Origin: Camelus ferus
Lineage: Eukaryota
NCBI RefSeq assembly: GCF_009834535.1
Contig: NC_045697.1
Location: 6,450,001-6,514,000, forward strand
Length of the DNA stretch: 64,000 nucleotides
Direction of reading: 5' to 3'
Shown here: piece after piece, positions 50,459 through 63,920 of the stretch
How positions within the stretch are numbered: the stretch's first letter is position 1
Layout of the letters: the number at the start of each line of letters is the position of its first letter
Translations under genes and position numbers: made by a program
Notes under the pieces: generated by a model
What the model was told of the DNA's origin: nothing
Databases searched by the model: none
What the model saw: only the letters and a program-made list of their open reading frames with translations

Positions 50459-52223
50459 TTTGCGATTTATTGAGAACCTACTACGTGTCAGGCATGCTAC
50501 AGAGGTCATGCGTTCATTACCCAAACATAGGAACTGCTTTAGGTTTGGGGGGTCAGTGGTGGGCAAGACCACCTCTTCTGAATTTTTTCAAATACCATTT
50601 CTAAAATCCACGAGGCACTGAAATGAAAATGGGCTTGTCTAGACAAGGTCACTCAGCCGGAGATTTCAATCCAGCCCCAGCAGACTCGTTCTGTTCTGCA
50701 GCAACACCCAGCAGTGACACCCTCCCTTCTCCATCATCATCAGACCCTGATAATTATAATTTGTGTGCAGAATGAATATATTGGTGTAATAGTTATTAAA
50801 GTAAGATAGTAGGTCAGATATGTTGTTTTCAGACATTTTGATTTGATTTATAGACCTCAGAAACAAATTTATATTCATATAATACTTCCATTATAAAATA
50901 TGCAGTAGTACAGAGATTTGCATGTATCTGGGAGTTTTCTTCCTTTTTAATTTGAGTTTATAAATGGTTTGGAACAGGTTGCAGAAACATCGTCTGTTGC
51001 TCTTTTTAATATATCTTGAGCACACTGTGACACATCCTGAAATAATTTGCTTCAGAAAAAAACACCGCTCTCTCTCTCTCTGTTTTTTTTCCCCAAATGT
51101 AACTGTAAATATTACTTTGATGTATGTAATTGCTGCAACCATCTCCATTTGAAGGAAGACTTCTAACCCTTCCATCTCCCATCTCTTGCTATTGTCAAGA
51201 AATAAGAAAAACTGACTTAAAATGCATTATTCAAATCTATTTAATGTAAACATTGAATAAGTCTGAGAACAGCCACAAATTTTCCTTTGCTTAATGTAGT
51301 CTTGAAAATATTTCAAATATTCTGTTTTGCAGGCACTCACTTGCTCTGCTCAGGGAAAATATTTATTCAAGCACATCTTAGAATGCCGGGAAAGCTTCTT
51401 GTGCCTGGCACGCAGTAGGAACTGAACGGATGTCTGGCGATTGGCTTGAGTTGAAGTTCACTGGGAGGCAAGGATTGGTGCAACACGCAGAGATCCTTGG
51501 GTACCTCCGGATGCAGGGCTTGGCGAGGTGGTCTGGCTGGACACAGGGAGGCCCACATCCCTCTGAACAGCAGGCTGTTGCTCAGGATGAGACTTCAGTC
51601 AATGGCAGAGCTGGATCTGACTTCAGGATTGGTCTCTTGTCAATCATTTTGTCAAGTCAGTCCTCCTCCTGAGCTTTAAGTCATGACTGTGCACCCCTTG
51701 GAGTTAAGACTTTGCCTCTTGTCTCTGCCTGTTCAGGAGCCTGCGTGCGAAATAATGCCATAATTGCTCAAGAACTGTTTTGCTCAATTGAAGGACAAAA
51801 GAAACCAAATGCGCACATGGCTCCCTCTAGGCTCCTCACTTCTCAGACCTGGTGGTGAACCTGTGGCTTGATCCATCCATGATTCCTCAGTCAAATCGTT
51901 GAGCACCTGAAGAATGGAAGCTTCTCCCTTGGTGAATATCTCTTGGGCTGTTTAGAGGCCTGGGTGGGTGGTGGAAATAGCCCTGGCCTGAAACGCTGTG
52001 GACGCCCGGGGGCTCCTTAAAAACCTGTGCCTGCGTCACATGCATGCTCGACCCCCAGCGAGGCCCTTCTTGTTCTGGACCTTGGTCTCCGTGTAACTTC
52101 TAAGGTCACTGACAGCAATATAATTCTGCCACATTAACGTTGCATGTGTGCGTGCTGGTCAGTTTATTTGCCCCAGAATCAAAAATTTTACTCCTCTATT
52201 AATAAACAAGTAAATATTCTAAC

Positions 52224-52295
52224 CTATTTTTCGGCAGAGCAACGTTCTGGAATTTCAAATCACTGGATCCTTCTTTTGTGGTTTTTCTATTGCCC
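52224..52295 (-). CDS. CLNK: CLNK coding exon (72 nt, phase 2-2; exon 3 in recalled human numbering): (Q)GNRKTTKEGSSDLKFQNVALPKN(R)
   Basis: Minus strand ttttctttcatcacag|GGGCAATAG...AAAAATAG|gttaga. Translation matches the CLNK N-terminus. Confidence 0.95.
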
Positions 52296-52778
52296 CTGTG
52301 ATGAAAGAAAATAGATTATAGTCAGGAAATAGCAAGGAGCTGGGGGAAAAAATTAATTAAGTGCATTCATTCATAGAAACAACCACCCAGTCAGATGTAA
52401 GTAATTAACATCTCACACGTAATTCCAAATCTCTCTTTGCATTTCCACTGGGCTTAAACAAAACCTGAGTTTAAAGTAACCCAATTACTTACATTTTTCT
52501 TTTTAATGTAAGAGCTTTATTTTACAAGGGGCCGCAGCGATGGGTAGAATGAGTGACCCCGTCAGGAAGAGGATGTGGGCACTCCCACACCAGCGGGGTC
52601 ACTGTGGTACCCTCCTTAAACTCTCTGCATCTCTGTGACATTGCTCTGTACACCTGCTCCATCCTTATCTCATCTGTTCTCTGAGTCTGCCCTCTCCAGA
52701 TCCTCACTACTTTTTAGGCAGGTCCAACAAAAGCCAGTTCTGTGTGGTTGAATCAACAGGTACTAATTGTTGTGAACA

Positions 52779-53208
52779 GTGTATGGTAGACACACCTACA
52801 AAAAGATATGCCTGTCTAGAAACTGTGAATTATTTGGGAAGAGGTACCATTAAAGTAAGATCATGAGCTGAGATCATCCTGGATTACAGTGGACCCTGTG
52901 TCCAAGGACAGGTGTTCTTAGAAGAGAAGACAGGAGGAGAAGATGTGGAAGAGAAGGGCATGTGAAGTCCCATGTGAAGATGGAGGCAGAGACTGGAGTG
53001 ATGCGGTCAGAAGCCAAGAAACATCTGGGGTCCCCCAAAGCTGAAAGAGGCAGGGAAGGGTTCTTCTCTAGAGCCTTCAGAGAAAGCACAGCCTTCTGAA
53101 TTGACCTCAAACTTCTGGGATCCGGAACTGTGGAAGAATAAATTTCTATTGTTTTATGCCACCTGATTTACGGACATTGGTTATGATACCCCTGGGAAAC
53201 TAACTCAC
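52779..53208 (+). mobile_element. MLT1 (MaLR) solo LTR
   Basis: gaagatggaggcagagactggagtgatgc...ttcttctctagagccttcagag...aataaatttctattgttttatgccacc...ggaaactaactcaca. Confidence 0.8.
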
Positions 53209-54779
53209 AGAACATCTAACTTGTCCCAAGTTACAGAAAATGAATCAGACCCAGATCCCAAACAGGGCAATACAACAGGTGTAATGATAGAGAAAAACAT
53301 ATGGTCTAGAAGGAAAAGGGAAGAAGTGGGTTGAACCTTTAAGTGAGGGGTAGTCAAGGGAGACTTCTGCAGGGTGGTAAATGAGGACATGCAAGTACTT
53401 GGCAGACAGAGGACGCAGTGAGCTGGGAAGTGGGGAGTGAGGTGGGGCAAATTACTTTGAGAGTGAAAGATGCCTGCTCCGATCTACTCTGGTCATTTTC
53501 CTCCAACTTCTCACCTTTACCTGTGCTCCCAGGTACATCCAATATGGCGGGTACAGTCTGACCCGCACGGATAAGGAATTACCATTTCATCATGAAACTA
53601 CGCTTCTTTTAATAAATTTACAGATCAAGTTCAGCTTTTTCCAGAAGCTGCTCTTTCTACACACTCTTAGGGCAACTGCCGACTTCTGAGAAATCCTACA
53701 AATTGCTCCTAAGCCATAACTCTCTCTCAAGGACTTGTGCAGCTGGATTGCTGACTCCAAGATCGTGCATAATAATAATGTGGTGTATAGCATTATAGCT
53801 ATAATGATCGTAACAACAGCTTGAAACTTAGATAAGATTCACAACTTACTGGTCTTTGCCGTTTCACACATATTAGTCCATCAGATCCTCCCAACAAACT
53901 TATGAGCCAGTCCTAGTCTGCCCTCAGCCCTGTTGAATTCATTTACCGCATGTTCAGCTCATGCTCTGTCTGCTAAGGAACTGCTACATGTTAGGTTCCT
54001 AGAGAAACACTCTGAGAGGGAGAAAAGGGTGCAGGAAGTACATTAGGGTGAGCTTCTGGAATCAGCCTCTGTGGAGGGAAGAGAAGGAAGCTGGATTGGG
54101 CAGGGGGAGGAGTTGGGCTGTGCTCTGAGATTGACAGGATGGCCTTCCAGACTGTCCCATGTTGTGGTGGGTGCAAGGCATCCTCTGTACTCCTGGGTGG
54201 ACCAGTCAGTGGATGTGGGCGGCCCCAGGTGAGGCAACTCCACTCAACTAATTCCCGAAGAAGGTTGAGAGGGGCAGACTCACAAAGTCTAGTATTGGAC
54301 TCCAACTCTTTAGAGAGTCTGAGGGCCCAAAGTCAAAATAGGTCTTGGCTGTAGTTTTCAGTAGGAGAGAATGAGAGAGAATGGACAGAGGTGGGAAGGA
54401 AGGATGGGGCCAAGGGCAGGATGGCCCTGAGGGCAGGTTGTCCCCTCAGAAGGAGTGGATGGGCAAGTCAGAGAGATGCTAGTCTCCGCGCAGTGTAATG
54501 TGGTGTGGACGCAAAGGTTCAGAGCGCTCACTGGTACTTGATCTGGATTTGAACCAGGTTCTGCCAGCTGAATAAGTGGTCAATCTATCTCATCATACCC
54601 ATTTTCAGACAAGGAAGGGCAGAGTTACAATAACTCCCTCACATATTGAGTGCATGTTAGTGATCAGTCTCTGTTATCTAGTACCCAATTCTACTCAAAA
54701 TAATCAAAGAATACCAGAGATAGACAACCAGTAGCAATGAGAAGGACAGCTGATAATTAAAGTACTTCACCCAGGCCAA

Positions 54780-55270
54780 AAGTGTGCATTATCATCTCAG
54801 TTTTTGTGGGTCAGGAATCCAGGCATGACTTTGCTGGAGCCTCCATTTTATGATCTGTGTTGAGATCAGAGTGTCAGCCAGAGCTGAGGGCTCATCTGAA
54901 GCTTAACTGGGGAAGGATCTGGTTCTGAGCACGTGCGATTGCCGTCAGAGGCTAATTTCTTATGGCCTGTTGGACTGAGAGCCTCACTCCCTGCTGTGTG
55001 TTGGGTGGAGGATGTCCTCAGTTCCTTGCCACATGGGCCTCCCTAATATGGCCGCTTGCTTTATCAAAGCAAGCAAACCACGAAGACAAGGGGAAAGTGG
55101 TAATCTTATGTAATGCAATTACAGAAATGACATATTGCCAATTGTGCCATGTCCGACTGTTTAGAAGCAGTCACAGATCTCGCTTGCAAGGAAGAGGGCG
55201 TGGATTACACAGGGAGGAGCATGGGTACCAGGCAAAGAGGTACTGGGGGCCATTGGAGTGTCTGTCTGCC
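54780..55270 (-). mobile_element. older MLT1-type LTR relic
   Basis: attatcatctcagtttttgtgggtcaggaatccaggcatg...ctcatctgaagcttaactggggaaggatc...cttgccacatgggcctc. Confidence 0.6.
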
Positions 55271-56083
55271 ATGCATTTTGCTCACTCATTGTGTGTGAGT
55301 AGAGATGACACTTGAGTAACATCCAGAAGGTGTTTGGCAAACCTACAAACCACATCAGCTAGTCTTTCTGCAGCCTGTTTTATAACCTTCCACGACTCCT
55401 GAAAATGTCGGGCCAATTTTCAAAAGTTTTGCAGACAATTCCAGAAGAGCCTGGAAAATAGACAACAAACTTGTTCTCCAACTCTTTGCTCTTGCATGTG
55501 AGGGGCCGTTATAATCATTTTTTTACAGCAGGATGCTGTACTTCTAGCTTCCCTAAAAGGGTCACCACATTGGTTGTCACAGATAACTGCTCCGAGTGCT
55601 TGATAACTGATTTGTTCATTCCATTCGGTCCTTCAGCTGTCTGGGTGGTATATGCAAACTTCCTTGAAGTTGTGTTATTTAGCTTCCTCTAAGCCTAGGA
55701 GATGTTTAACATGCTCCCTGAGCATCTGAGAAAAGCCCAGGTCCTTGGGTTTTGGACACGCCATTGCCTGGATGATGGCTACTTTTATGTGCTTGCTCTG
55801 CTGAACCCAGAAAACGTGAAGGACATGCACAGCCTTCTTGCCATAGAGTTTTTTTTTTTTTTTTTTAAGTTTGAATTTGAAGACATTCACAAGGGCACAT
55901 TTTCTCAAGCTCACGAAGCCTCATCATTCATTCCCTCCTATCTTGCGTTTTTAGATTGATTGACTGGTACATGAAGACTTGAGCCAGTGACCTTCCTAGA
56001 GGAACTTGAAAGGAACATCCACTCATTAACAAATGGATCACAATGAGATGTTTTAATTGCTGTCTCTCACTGACTCGTGCCTC

Positions 56084-56598
56084 TGTGATGACCAATTTTC
56101 TGGGTCAACTTGTCCAGGCTATGGTGCCCAGTTGTTTGGTCAAAAACTAGTCTAAATGTGGCGGAGATGGTATTTCTTAGAGGCGATTAGCATTTAAATC
56201 AGTAGACTTGGAGTGAAGCAGATGACCCCACAATGTGGGTGGGCCTCACCCAATCAGTTGAAGACCTTAAACGCAAATACCTAGGTTTTCCTTCTTGAAG
56301 AAGAAGGAATTCTGCCTTAAGACAACAACATAGAAACCCTGCCTCAGGTTCCAGCCCACTGTCTCATGGAATTTGGATTCAAGACTGCAGCATCAACACT
56401 TCCCTAAATCTCTAGCCTGCTCCCCTGCCCTGTAGTTTTCAGACTTGTCAGCTCCCACAATCGTGTGACCCAGTTCATTAAAATAGGTCTCTCTCCATAT
56501 ATATGAATATATATTCATATATATATTTATACGTATATATATAAATACATATATGTATTCTTTTGGTCTGTTTTTCTGGAGAACCTCAACTCAAATAC
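56084..56598 (+). mobile_element. MLT2 (ERVL) solo LTR
   Basis: tgtgatgaccaattttctgggtcaacttg...caatgtgggtgggcctcacccaatcagttgaagacctt...ttttctggagaacct. Confidence 0.78.
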
Positions 56599-59500
56599 CT
56601 CTAATTTAATCCTCACAACAACCCTGCACATCTGACTATCATGTTCTCCTACTTTGCAAGGACTTAGGACCCCAGTCATGGAAGTCAGAGAAATTTTGGT
56701 GTAGAACCTGTTCCTTTATTGAACAGATGCCACGGAAAACAGATATTCCACTCTGTGAGGAACGGGGAAAGATGTACACACAGAAGACCTTTTGTCCTGA
56801 AGGTCTAGAACTGAGCAAGGTTTGAGTCAGTTTCTGCTGAGGAGACTTAAGCGCAGGGACATGTGAGATGGTCCTGTCAGGTGGCCGTGGCCCCCACGGT
56901 GGGACACCCTCTCCCTGCTTGTTGCCTGAGCCAGGGTGGAATCTGAGCTGTCCGTGAAGACAGTGTGCGCTGCTGTCTACTGGGATGTGGTCTAATCGCC
57001 GATCTGGGTTGTTGCAGTAAATCCACGCTGAGATATCTCACAGGAAGCCACCTTTGCTGGAGAGCAAATGCTGGTGATAAGGCAGGGTTTCCAGCCTTGC
57101 TCAGGGAAGGGGATTCAGCCTTGTGTCTGGACACACAGGGAGGCCACAGCACACCGCATCTGGAGATGGTCCTGCCCTGCCTGAGTACATAGGGCATGTG
57201 TAGCAGAAAGAGAGGGAAATGGACCAGATGCAAGACAGACTTATATTCCCAAGCAGCTTCAGTGCTGGGGCCGTTGCTCAGAGCCTCCCGTCTGTCTTGT
57301 CCAGTATCTCCCATTTATAGCCACAACCCTGGACAATAATTCTGGTGACAGCCAGCTAGCGTGGAAGGCAAGTTTGGTCCTGTGACTTTTGGGTTAGAGC
57401 TAGGGTTCAAGCCCTAACTATTTCACTGCCTCATTATGTTATCTCAACCACGTTACTTAACCACTCTGGACCCTGGTTATGGTTCTACCATCTGTAAAAT
57501 TAGAGGGTGCGACAGGTTGGCGTTTTCCACGAGACATCATTACTGAGTGTATCCTGAACACTTTCCTGTCACTGCATTAAAAAGAGGGGAATAAGAGTCT
57601 TGATTCAAAAGCAGCTGAAAGTCTTGTGGCAAAGTCCTAAAAGCCACATTATAAGGAAGGGTGTATCTAAGTAACAGGCTTTGAGGACTTGGTGGCAGGA
57701 AGATGAATTAACTTCAGGGTCCTGTGCTCACTGGAGCCCCCTCGATCTTCCACCTGGATCCCAAGAGCTCCTTAACTGGTCTCCTGGACATCAGTCTCTT
57801 TCTACTCAAAGATCCCCTGCAATTTTGTGTCTGCCATCATTTCAACTCTTCAATTTTGTTTTACAAACCTATATTCCAGGCAAACCGAACTTCTTGCTTG
57901 GCTGAAACACAGCACATCGAAATTCTCTTTGTCCGTGTGGTTTCCTCTGCCTGTGATCCGCTTCTCTTTTCTTCTTCTCTTTCCACATCCTCCACATCAT
58001 CAAACCCTCTGCTCTTCTGAGCCTGGCACAGATGCCATCTTTTCCAATCATCTTTCCCAAACATGTCTAGGTAGATGTCCTATGTCCCTCTGTGAGCTAG
58101 AACGGTGCTCACTCTCTATCTTGGTGGAAGGCAGCCATGTTTCCTAAGCCCCCACCCCATCCTCCTGTATCCTCTTTGACAGCTCCTATAAGGCTCTGCC
58201 TCATGGTCTGGGGAAGAAAATCCTCTCAAACTCAAGTCCTTTCCTGAACTGAATTGAAATTGGGCAGTGGACTCTGGGGCCATCCTCAGGTCAAATGTTT
58301 ATTGAGTAGCTGCTATGTGCTGGATGTTGTCTTATGCCTGGGGACACGGGCGACAAGACACAAAAGGTCTTAGCCTCGTGAAGCTGGCAGCCTGTGAGCG
58401 GGAACCAAGCTACTGAGCAGGATGCTCACCTCCTCTGCCTTTTCTTTCTCCCCACGGCTTCCTGTCTTTGTTTACTTCTGATTTGAATGGCTACCTGATT
58501 TCAGGACAGTCCGCCTGGCTCTGCCTTGTTTCCTTCTGATGGTGAACTGCCTGTGGATTTGTGCCTGGCTAGGACGTAGCCCTGGCCAGCTCCCTCTGGA
58601 CTCCTTCGGGCCCCTGGGCTCCGCCTGGGCTGTGATTCCTCCTCCTGATTCCCTGGACTCAGAGAGAGGCTCTGCGTTCTCGGATGAGATGAATCAGGCT
58701 TCCATTTTTAGGAATTGCCACCTGCGTGGTCATCATCGGTGCGTGCACCTCCCATCAAAACTCTGAATTCCTGTATTCCCCTCATGCAGACTCGGAGCAG
58801 AGGATGTATTTGTGCCTGAGAAGATCCAGGTACAGAGGCCGGTGTCTCTCCAGGGAATTACTGATTCTCGTTTATCAAGGCAGAAAATGGGCCCGGAACA
58901 CTCTAGCGCAGACAGCTCTGCCTCTGGGTTGCAGGTGCAGAGTGGGAGGGTGGGGGTGTCTGACTTTAAGCTCTTTGCTTTCCCAGAGTTGTAGCCTCAA
59001 AGAGTCCCAGAGCACGGGGCTTCACGGAAAGATGGGCATCCTCTGCTTGAACCTGTTAATTTAACTGATGAGAGAGCCTGCACCAGGTACGCGAGGTGAC
59101 TTGCCCGCCCTGACCAGGTGCTGACGGGGGAGGGGGGGGCCCTGGCCCAGCTCCCGGCTCCAGGTGTGATGCCTGAGGTCCCTGTCACTTGGCCCTGGCT
59201 TCCCCAGTGCTTGTCTTCTAATTAAGGCTCTTTGTCTGCCTTCAAAATAAATTCCTTTTTTCTTTTTAATCTTCTTGAGGACAGAAAGACAAAAGAAAGA
59301 TAACCTAATTTAGAAAACAAGACAGTAATCCTGAATCCTTTTATGTTCAAGTTTCAAGAAACCCCATGAAGTCTTTTTTCTTTCTTTCTTTTTTGTTGTT
59401 GTTTAAATTTTGATTCAGCAAAAGGAAACAAATGAACCAAAAAATAGAAGCCTTCCATATCACCTTTTCAAATGCTTTCTCCTTTTCTTCCCCGTCTGTC

Positions 59501-61219
59501 TTGACTGTCAGGGGATGTAGCTCCTAATAGGCCATCGATGTATGTAACGAGCGAATATAATAAAAACAGTGAATTACCCTTTTCATAGGTCCTTAGATGT
59601 ATTCATAGTGGAATTTAAAATTTATAGATGGTCATGCCTGAAAGATTCTGGATGCGTGATCGAAAACAACATAAAAAAAGCAATATGTTTACCTTTTAAA
59701 AACTCTCAGAACAATAACCTGATTTGTGCCTGGTTGGTACACACTCCATAAAAACCCAAGAGTAAAACGGACTTGATGGGCCTTCTTCTGTGGTCTGGGG
59801 AGCGACAGGGAGGGACCTCGTGCTTAGAGTGCAGAGAATGAGGGCCCCCAAGATCAGTATCCTTTCCCCCTGTCTCCTGGGCCAACACTTCCTGACTCCA
59901 GAAAGTCCAAAGAAAGGAAGGGAAATCAAGGCAGGGAAGGGAAATGAGAAGAGAAAAGGGAAGGTCCCCGAAGGTGCCAGCTCCCGGGCTTGAATCCACC
60001 TCTCTGCTCTGCAACCTGCAGCATCTTCTCAGCAATCTCTCCCCTTCAATCCACGCCACCTCGCATCTCCCTCAATCCTTCCGCCATAATTGCAGCTGGG
60101 TCCGTGTTCTAAAATCTGGGGTTTCCACTGCCTGCAAGTTATAGTCCATGTTCGGAATATGGCACACATGAAGGAAAGGGACTTCCATGGTCTGGTCCCT
60201 GACCTTCTCTCCACGGTTCTCTCTCTACAGCCTCCACTTTGCACCCTCATGGCAACCATCCGTGGCCTGCCCCCCTGTGAGCCTGGTCCCTCCAATCCTG
60301 TCTGTATGCAGAGCAAACAGCATCGATATCATTCCCAACTTCCCAGAAGTCCACAGACTAACACCTAGTGCAAGCTCTCTTACCCGGACACACCTTGTTT
60401 TATCCTATCAGCAACTGAGTGATGAGGAGCCTGCGCGCATCTCTCAGTGAAAAGAGAGCATCACTGGGCATCTGTGTTTCCAGCTCTTAGTACGAAGCCC
60501 CGCCCACAGGAAGGGCTCAACACAGGCTGGAGTGATGTGACAGAGCAGAGCTTCAACACCAGGTCCGTCCAACATCATGGTCCTGATGAAGCAGGAGCTT
60601 GAAATCAGGGATAGTGGACAAATTGACCTAAAATACAACTTAGTGTGTCGTTTTTCTCACTTCTTCCTGTTGATATCTTACACTTTTCAGATGGGGAAAA
60701 AGAAACCCAGAGACACCAAACATATTGCCTGTGGCCACACAGCAGTAAGTGCCCAGGCTGGGGTTCAGTACCAGGCCTGTCTGACTCAAAGGCCACTTCT
60801 TTCTACTGCGTCATGCCAGGTTTCATGGAAATGGGGCGAGACCAGGATTCCAGGCTGACCCCGGAGCTTACATGCCTGTCCTTTGTACCCCGTTGCTTTC
60901 CCACCTTGATAAGCTCTGAGCCACAGCAGGACTAGCTTAACATATTGCCTGGTGACGGTGGTTTTCAAAGCACTTATCAAAAGATAATCAGAGTGGGAAA
61001 GCCAGGGTTGAATCTAGTCATTATAACACATCCTCATATCCGTGCTTCCCAGGGACTCTTCAATGGCATCACTTGGCATGGGGTGGGGGGTGTTTAGATT
61101 TTGCTATGTTTTGAGAACATTGTGAGAATTAAATGAGACAATGCATGCAAAATGCTTTGTGCTTGAATATACTAGGTGCTCAGTAAATGTTTGGGCTGGA
61201 AATCTTTCTCAAAGTTAAT

Positions 61220-61950
61220 TCAACAACACATTTTTTTTTTCTCTTAGTGCCCAGGATAGGACAGGGACTGTTCTTGGTGTTGGAATACATCAGTGAACAA
61301 AATAAAGATTCCTACCTCCCATGGAACAAAACAGACAGGTGTCTCTATCCTTGGGGGAGGGAAAGCCAAAAATCATGATAGACAGAAAGATGCGTGGACA
61401 GGTGTTACTGTTTCCGTGGGGTGGTAAAGGTGGGCCTCACGGAGAAGGTGTGAGCAGGGAGAAGCCATCGTGGGTGTCAGCTCTGGGGTGTCTGCAGGAA
61501 GAGCATCCAGACTCAGGGGCGAAAGCCTGAAAGCAGAGGTAGGGCTGAGCAGCTGGGTCAAGGTGAGGAGGTAGGCATGGCTGAACAGGAGTGAGTGTGG
61601 GGATAGATCGGGAACACTCATCCAAGGGCTTTTGGGGGAGTGAGGGTGGATGGAGGGAGGGCTGCAGACATCAGGAAGCTTAGACTTAGGCTCCAAATCA
61701 TCGTGAAGCCACGGCAGGGCCTCTGACAGAGGAACACAGTAATGCGCAGTGTTTCTGAAGGGTTTCCCTGACTGCTATGTGGAGAATACTTACATCATGG
61801 GTGAATAAGGTAAGAGCAGGGGACATTTTGGGACTGCTACTGCAGTAGCATGGGCAGGTGCCAGCTGGACCTGGGGTCTCTGGGATGGCAGCGGGTGGGG
61901 CCAGGGGAGTTGTTATTATCCGAGTAACAACGGCTGAAACTCTGGAGTGG
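61220..61950 (-). mobile_element. L2 relic
   Basis: cagtgaacaaaataaag...agcatccagactcaggggcgaaagcctgaaagc...ctgactgctatgtggagaat. Diverged. Confidence 0.55.
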
Positions 61951-63487
61951 TCTCCTGTATCACCTCCCCCAACTCTGCCCACAGGCTTAACCTCTCCTTA
62001 ATGCTGGTTCCCCTGGAAACCACAGAAAAGCAAGTTTTCCAGCATTTCATGTTTTCCTCTGTTCTGTCTTGCCTTGTTTATTCGAATACTTGGCTTGGTC
62101 TGATATCACAGGCTGCTGGAGATGTTCGGCCCCACTGGAGCCCAGACCAAGCTGTGCTTAGGAATCCAGAGGCAGCAGAGAGCCAGGGGGCTGAGCAGAA
62201 TGCCTGGGATGCCCAGGCCGTCCTCACTGGCTGGCGACTGCCACACGGGCTGGAGAATGACAGGGCCAGGCTAGCGGTCCTAACCTGGCCTCTGCCTCAT
62301 GATGTGTTTGGCATCTTTGGACCTCAACTTCTCCAGCTGCAGAGTAAGAATTCAGATGAGTTGAATACTAAGGTTCTTTTGGCTCTAACTTCAATGGATT
62401 CAGTGATTAAATTTTCTCCCCAGCAGATGCCTGGGTGAGATGTTGGCAGGGGCCTGGTGATAGGGGCTTTTTGTGGGGTACCAGACATCCTGGATGGATG
62501 GTATGTAGCACTCTGATGAGTGGCTAAAATAAGGGTAAACGTTATCATTATGAAGGTGCCTGGGGTATGTGAGCTTGTTCACGTAGAGTCCTGGAGCTGA
62601 GTCATCTTCCCTGCTCTGCAGGCATTTCTGATACTGCTGTGCGCCCGGGAGTCCCCATCAGTAGACCCCGACTTGGCACAGAACTCTTTTCATTCAGAAG
62701 GTTGCACATTGTGGGAGATAAGAGTGTGCGCTTTGGAATAGGCTAAGTGGCAATGCCTGCTTTTCAGCCAAGCCATCCAGCTCCTCCCTAGTCGGAGTGT
62801 GGTCCCTGGACTATTGGCTGGCTAGAAATGCAAACTCCCAGGCCCCACCCCAGCCCTACAGAACCAGAATCTGCATTGTGACAAGAGGCCAGTGGGATCT
62901 GCGTGCACTTCAAGTGGTATAGGTATAATGTGACCTTGGATAAGTGACCTGATTTTCCCCATCTGCAAAAGGAAGCCAATAAAACACTTCCTTCATAGAA
63001 CTGTCATGAGAATCCAATGAGTTAATCCTTGAAAAGCCTTGTTACTTACTATTGTATGTTACGTGTGTGCAGTCTCTAATCAGAGCGGTCCTGTGGTCAC
63101 TGTTAGCTCTGGGTGCAGTAATGACAGAACTCAGAAGCGTGAATGGAAGCCAGTGCTGCTCTCCACGCACCTGCTCCAGGTATGGGACCCTGGGATGTAT
63201 GATGGGGCAGACTAGCGTGCGAACTCCTGGTTACTGAGCAGGTGTACTGTCTCATGATGGTGCTGGTCACTTTATCAACCTTCATAGTGATGCTACGATA
63301 AAGGTATGACCATCCCCACTTTACAACAAAGGGATGAGTCTTGAGGGCCACTTGCCCAAGGTCAAGTGGTAACTGTCAGCGTTCAGAGAAAGTCCCAAGT
63401 CTTTTAACTAGAAAGCAGCAATGACCTATGACAGGGGCCTTCAACCTCAGACCTGCATGGGGTGGGGGCAGGGCTTCCCGGGGTTAA

Positions 63488-63920
63488 CAGTGGTGTGCTG
63501 GGCTCGGCTCAGACTACTCAGCAGAGCTGATGGTTAAAATGTCAGGCATTCTGAGAGCCAGTAGTTAAACACAGTCTTTTGAAAAATTTAAATAAAATTA
63601 CAATTGAATACAGATATTAAAACAAAGTTAATACATACTCAAAATGCATCACTTCTGAACTGTTTTACTACATTTTGCTGTTACCTAAGATCTTGGTGCT
63701 GTTTTTGTCTGCTGTATCTGTTTGATGGGAAAATGCTGCTGTGCATTTCATGACCTCACATCAGTGCTGACTTTGGCCACAGTGGGAGCACTTATACCAC
63801 AGATATTGGCACATGCTACAGATCAGGATTTGATTTATTGCTTTGTCGATAGACTAACTTAAGAAAGTGATAGAAGAAATATTAATAAAGCAGATTTAAT
63901 TTAAAAGTGAGTCATGTCTT
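63488..63920 (+). mobile_element. MER63-type DNA transposon relic, followed by an L1 3' fragment running to the window edge
   Basis: Starts cagtggtgtgctgg and shares blocks with 16296-17030. From about 63921, ggaaacaacctaaatgtccattgacagatg is L1. Confidence 0.7.

Larger units (their letters stand above)
751..52295 (-). other. CLNK: CLNK (cytokine-dependent hematopoietic cell linker / MIST) gene body, partial: 11 internal coding exons
   Basis: Eleven GT-AG exons chain in frame with no stop codon. The peptide matches recalled CLNK motifs (GNRKTTKEGS, SWPRI, DDDYxDPEL, KILPARPIKESEYAD, ITLPKKYQPL, QISLxDLSE). The gene continues beyond both window edges. Confidence 0.96.
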
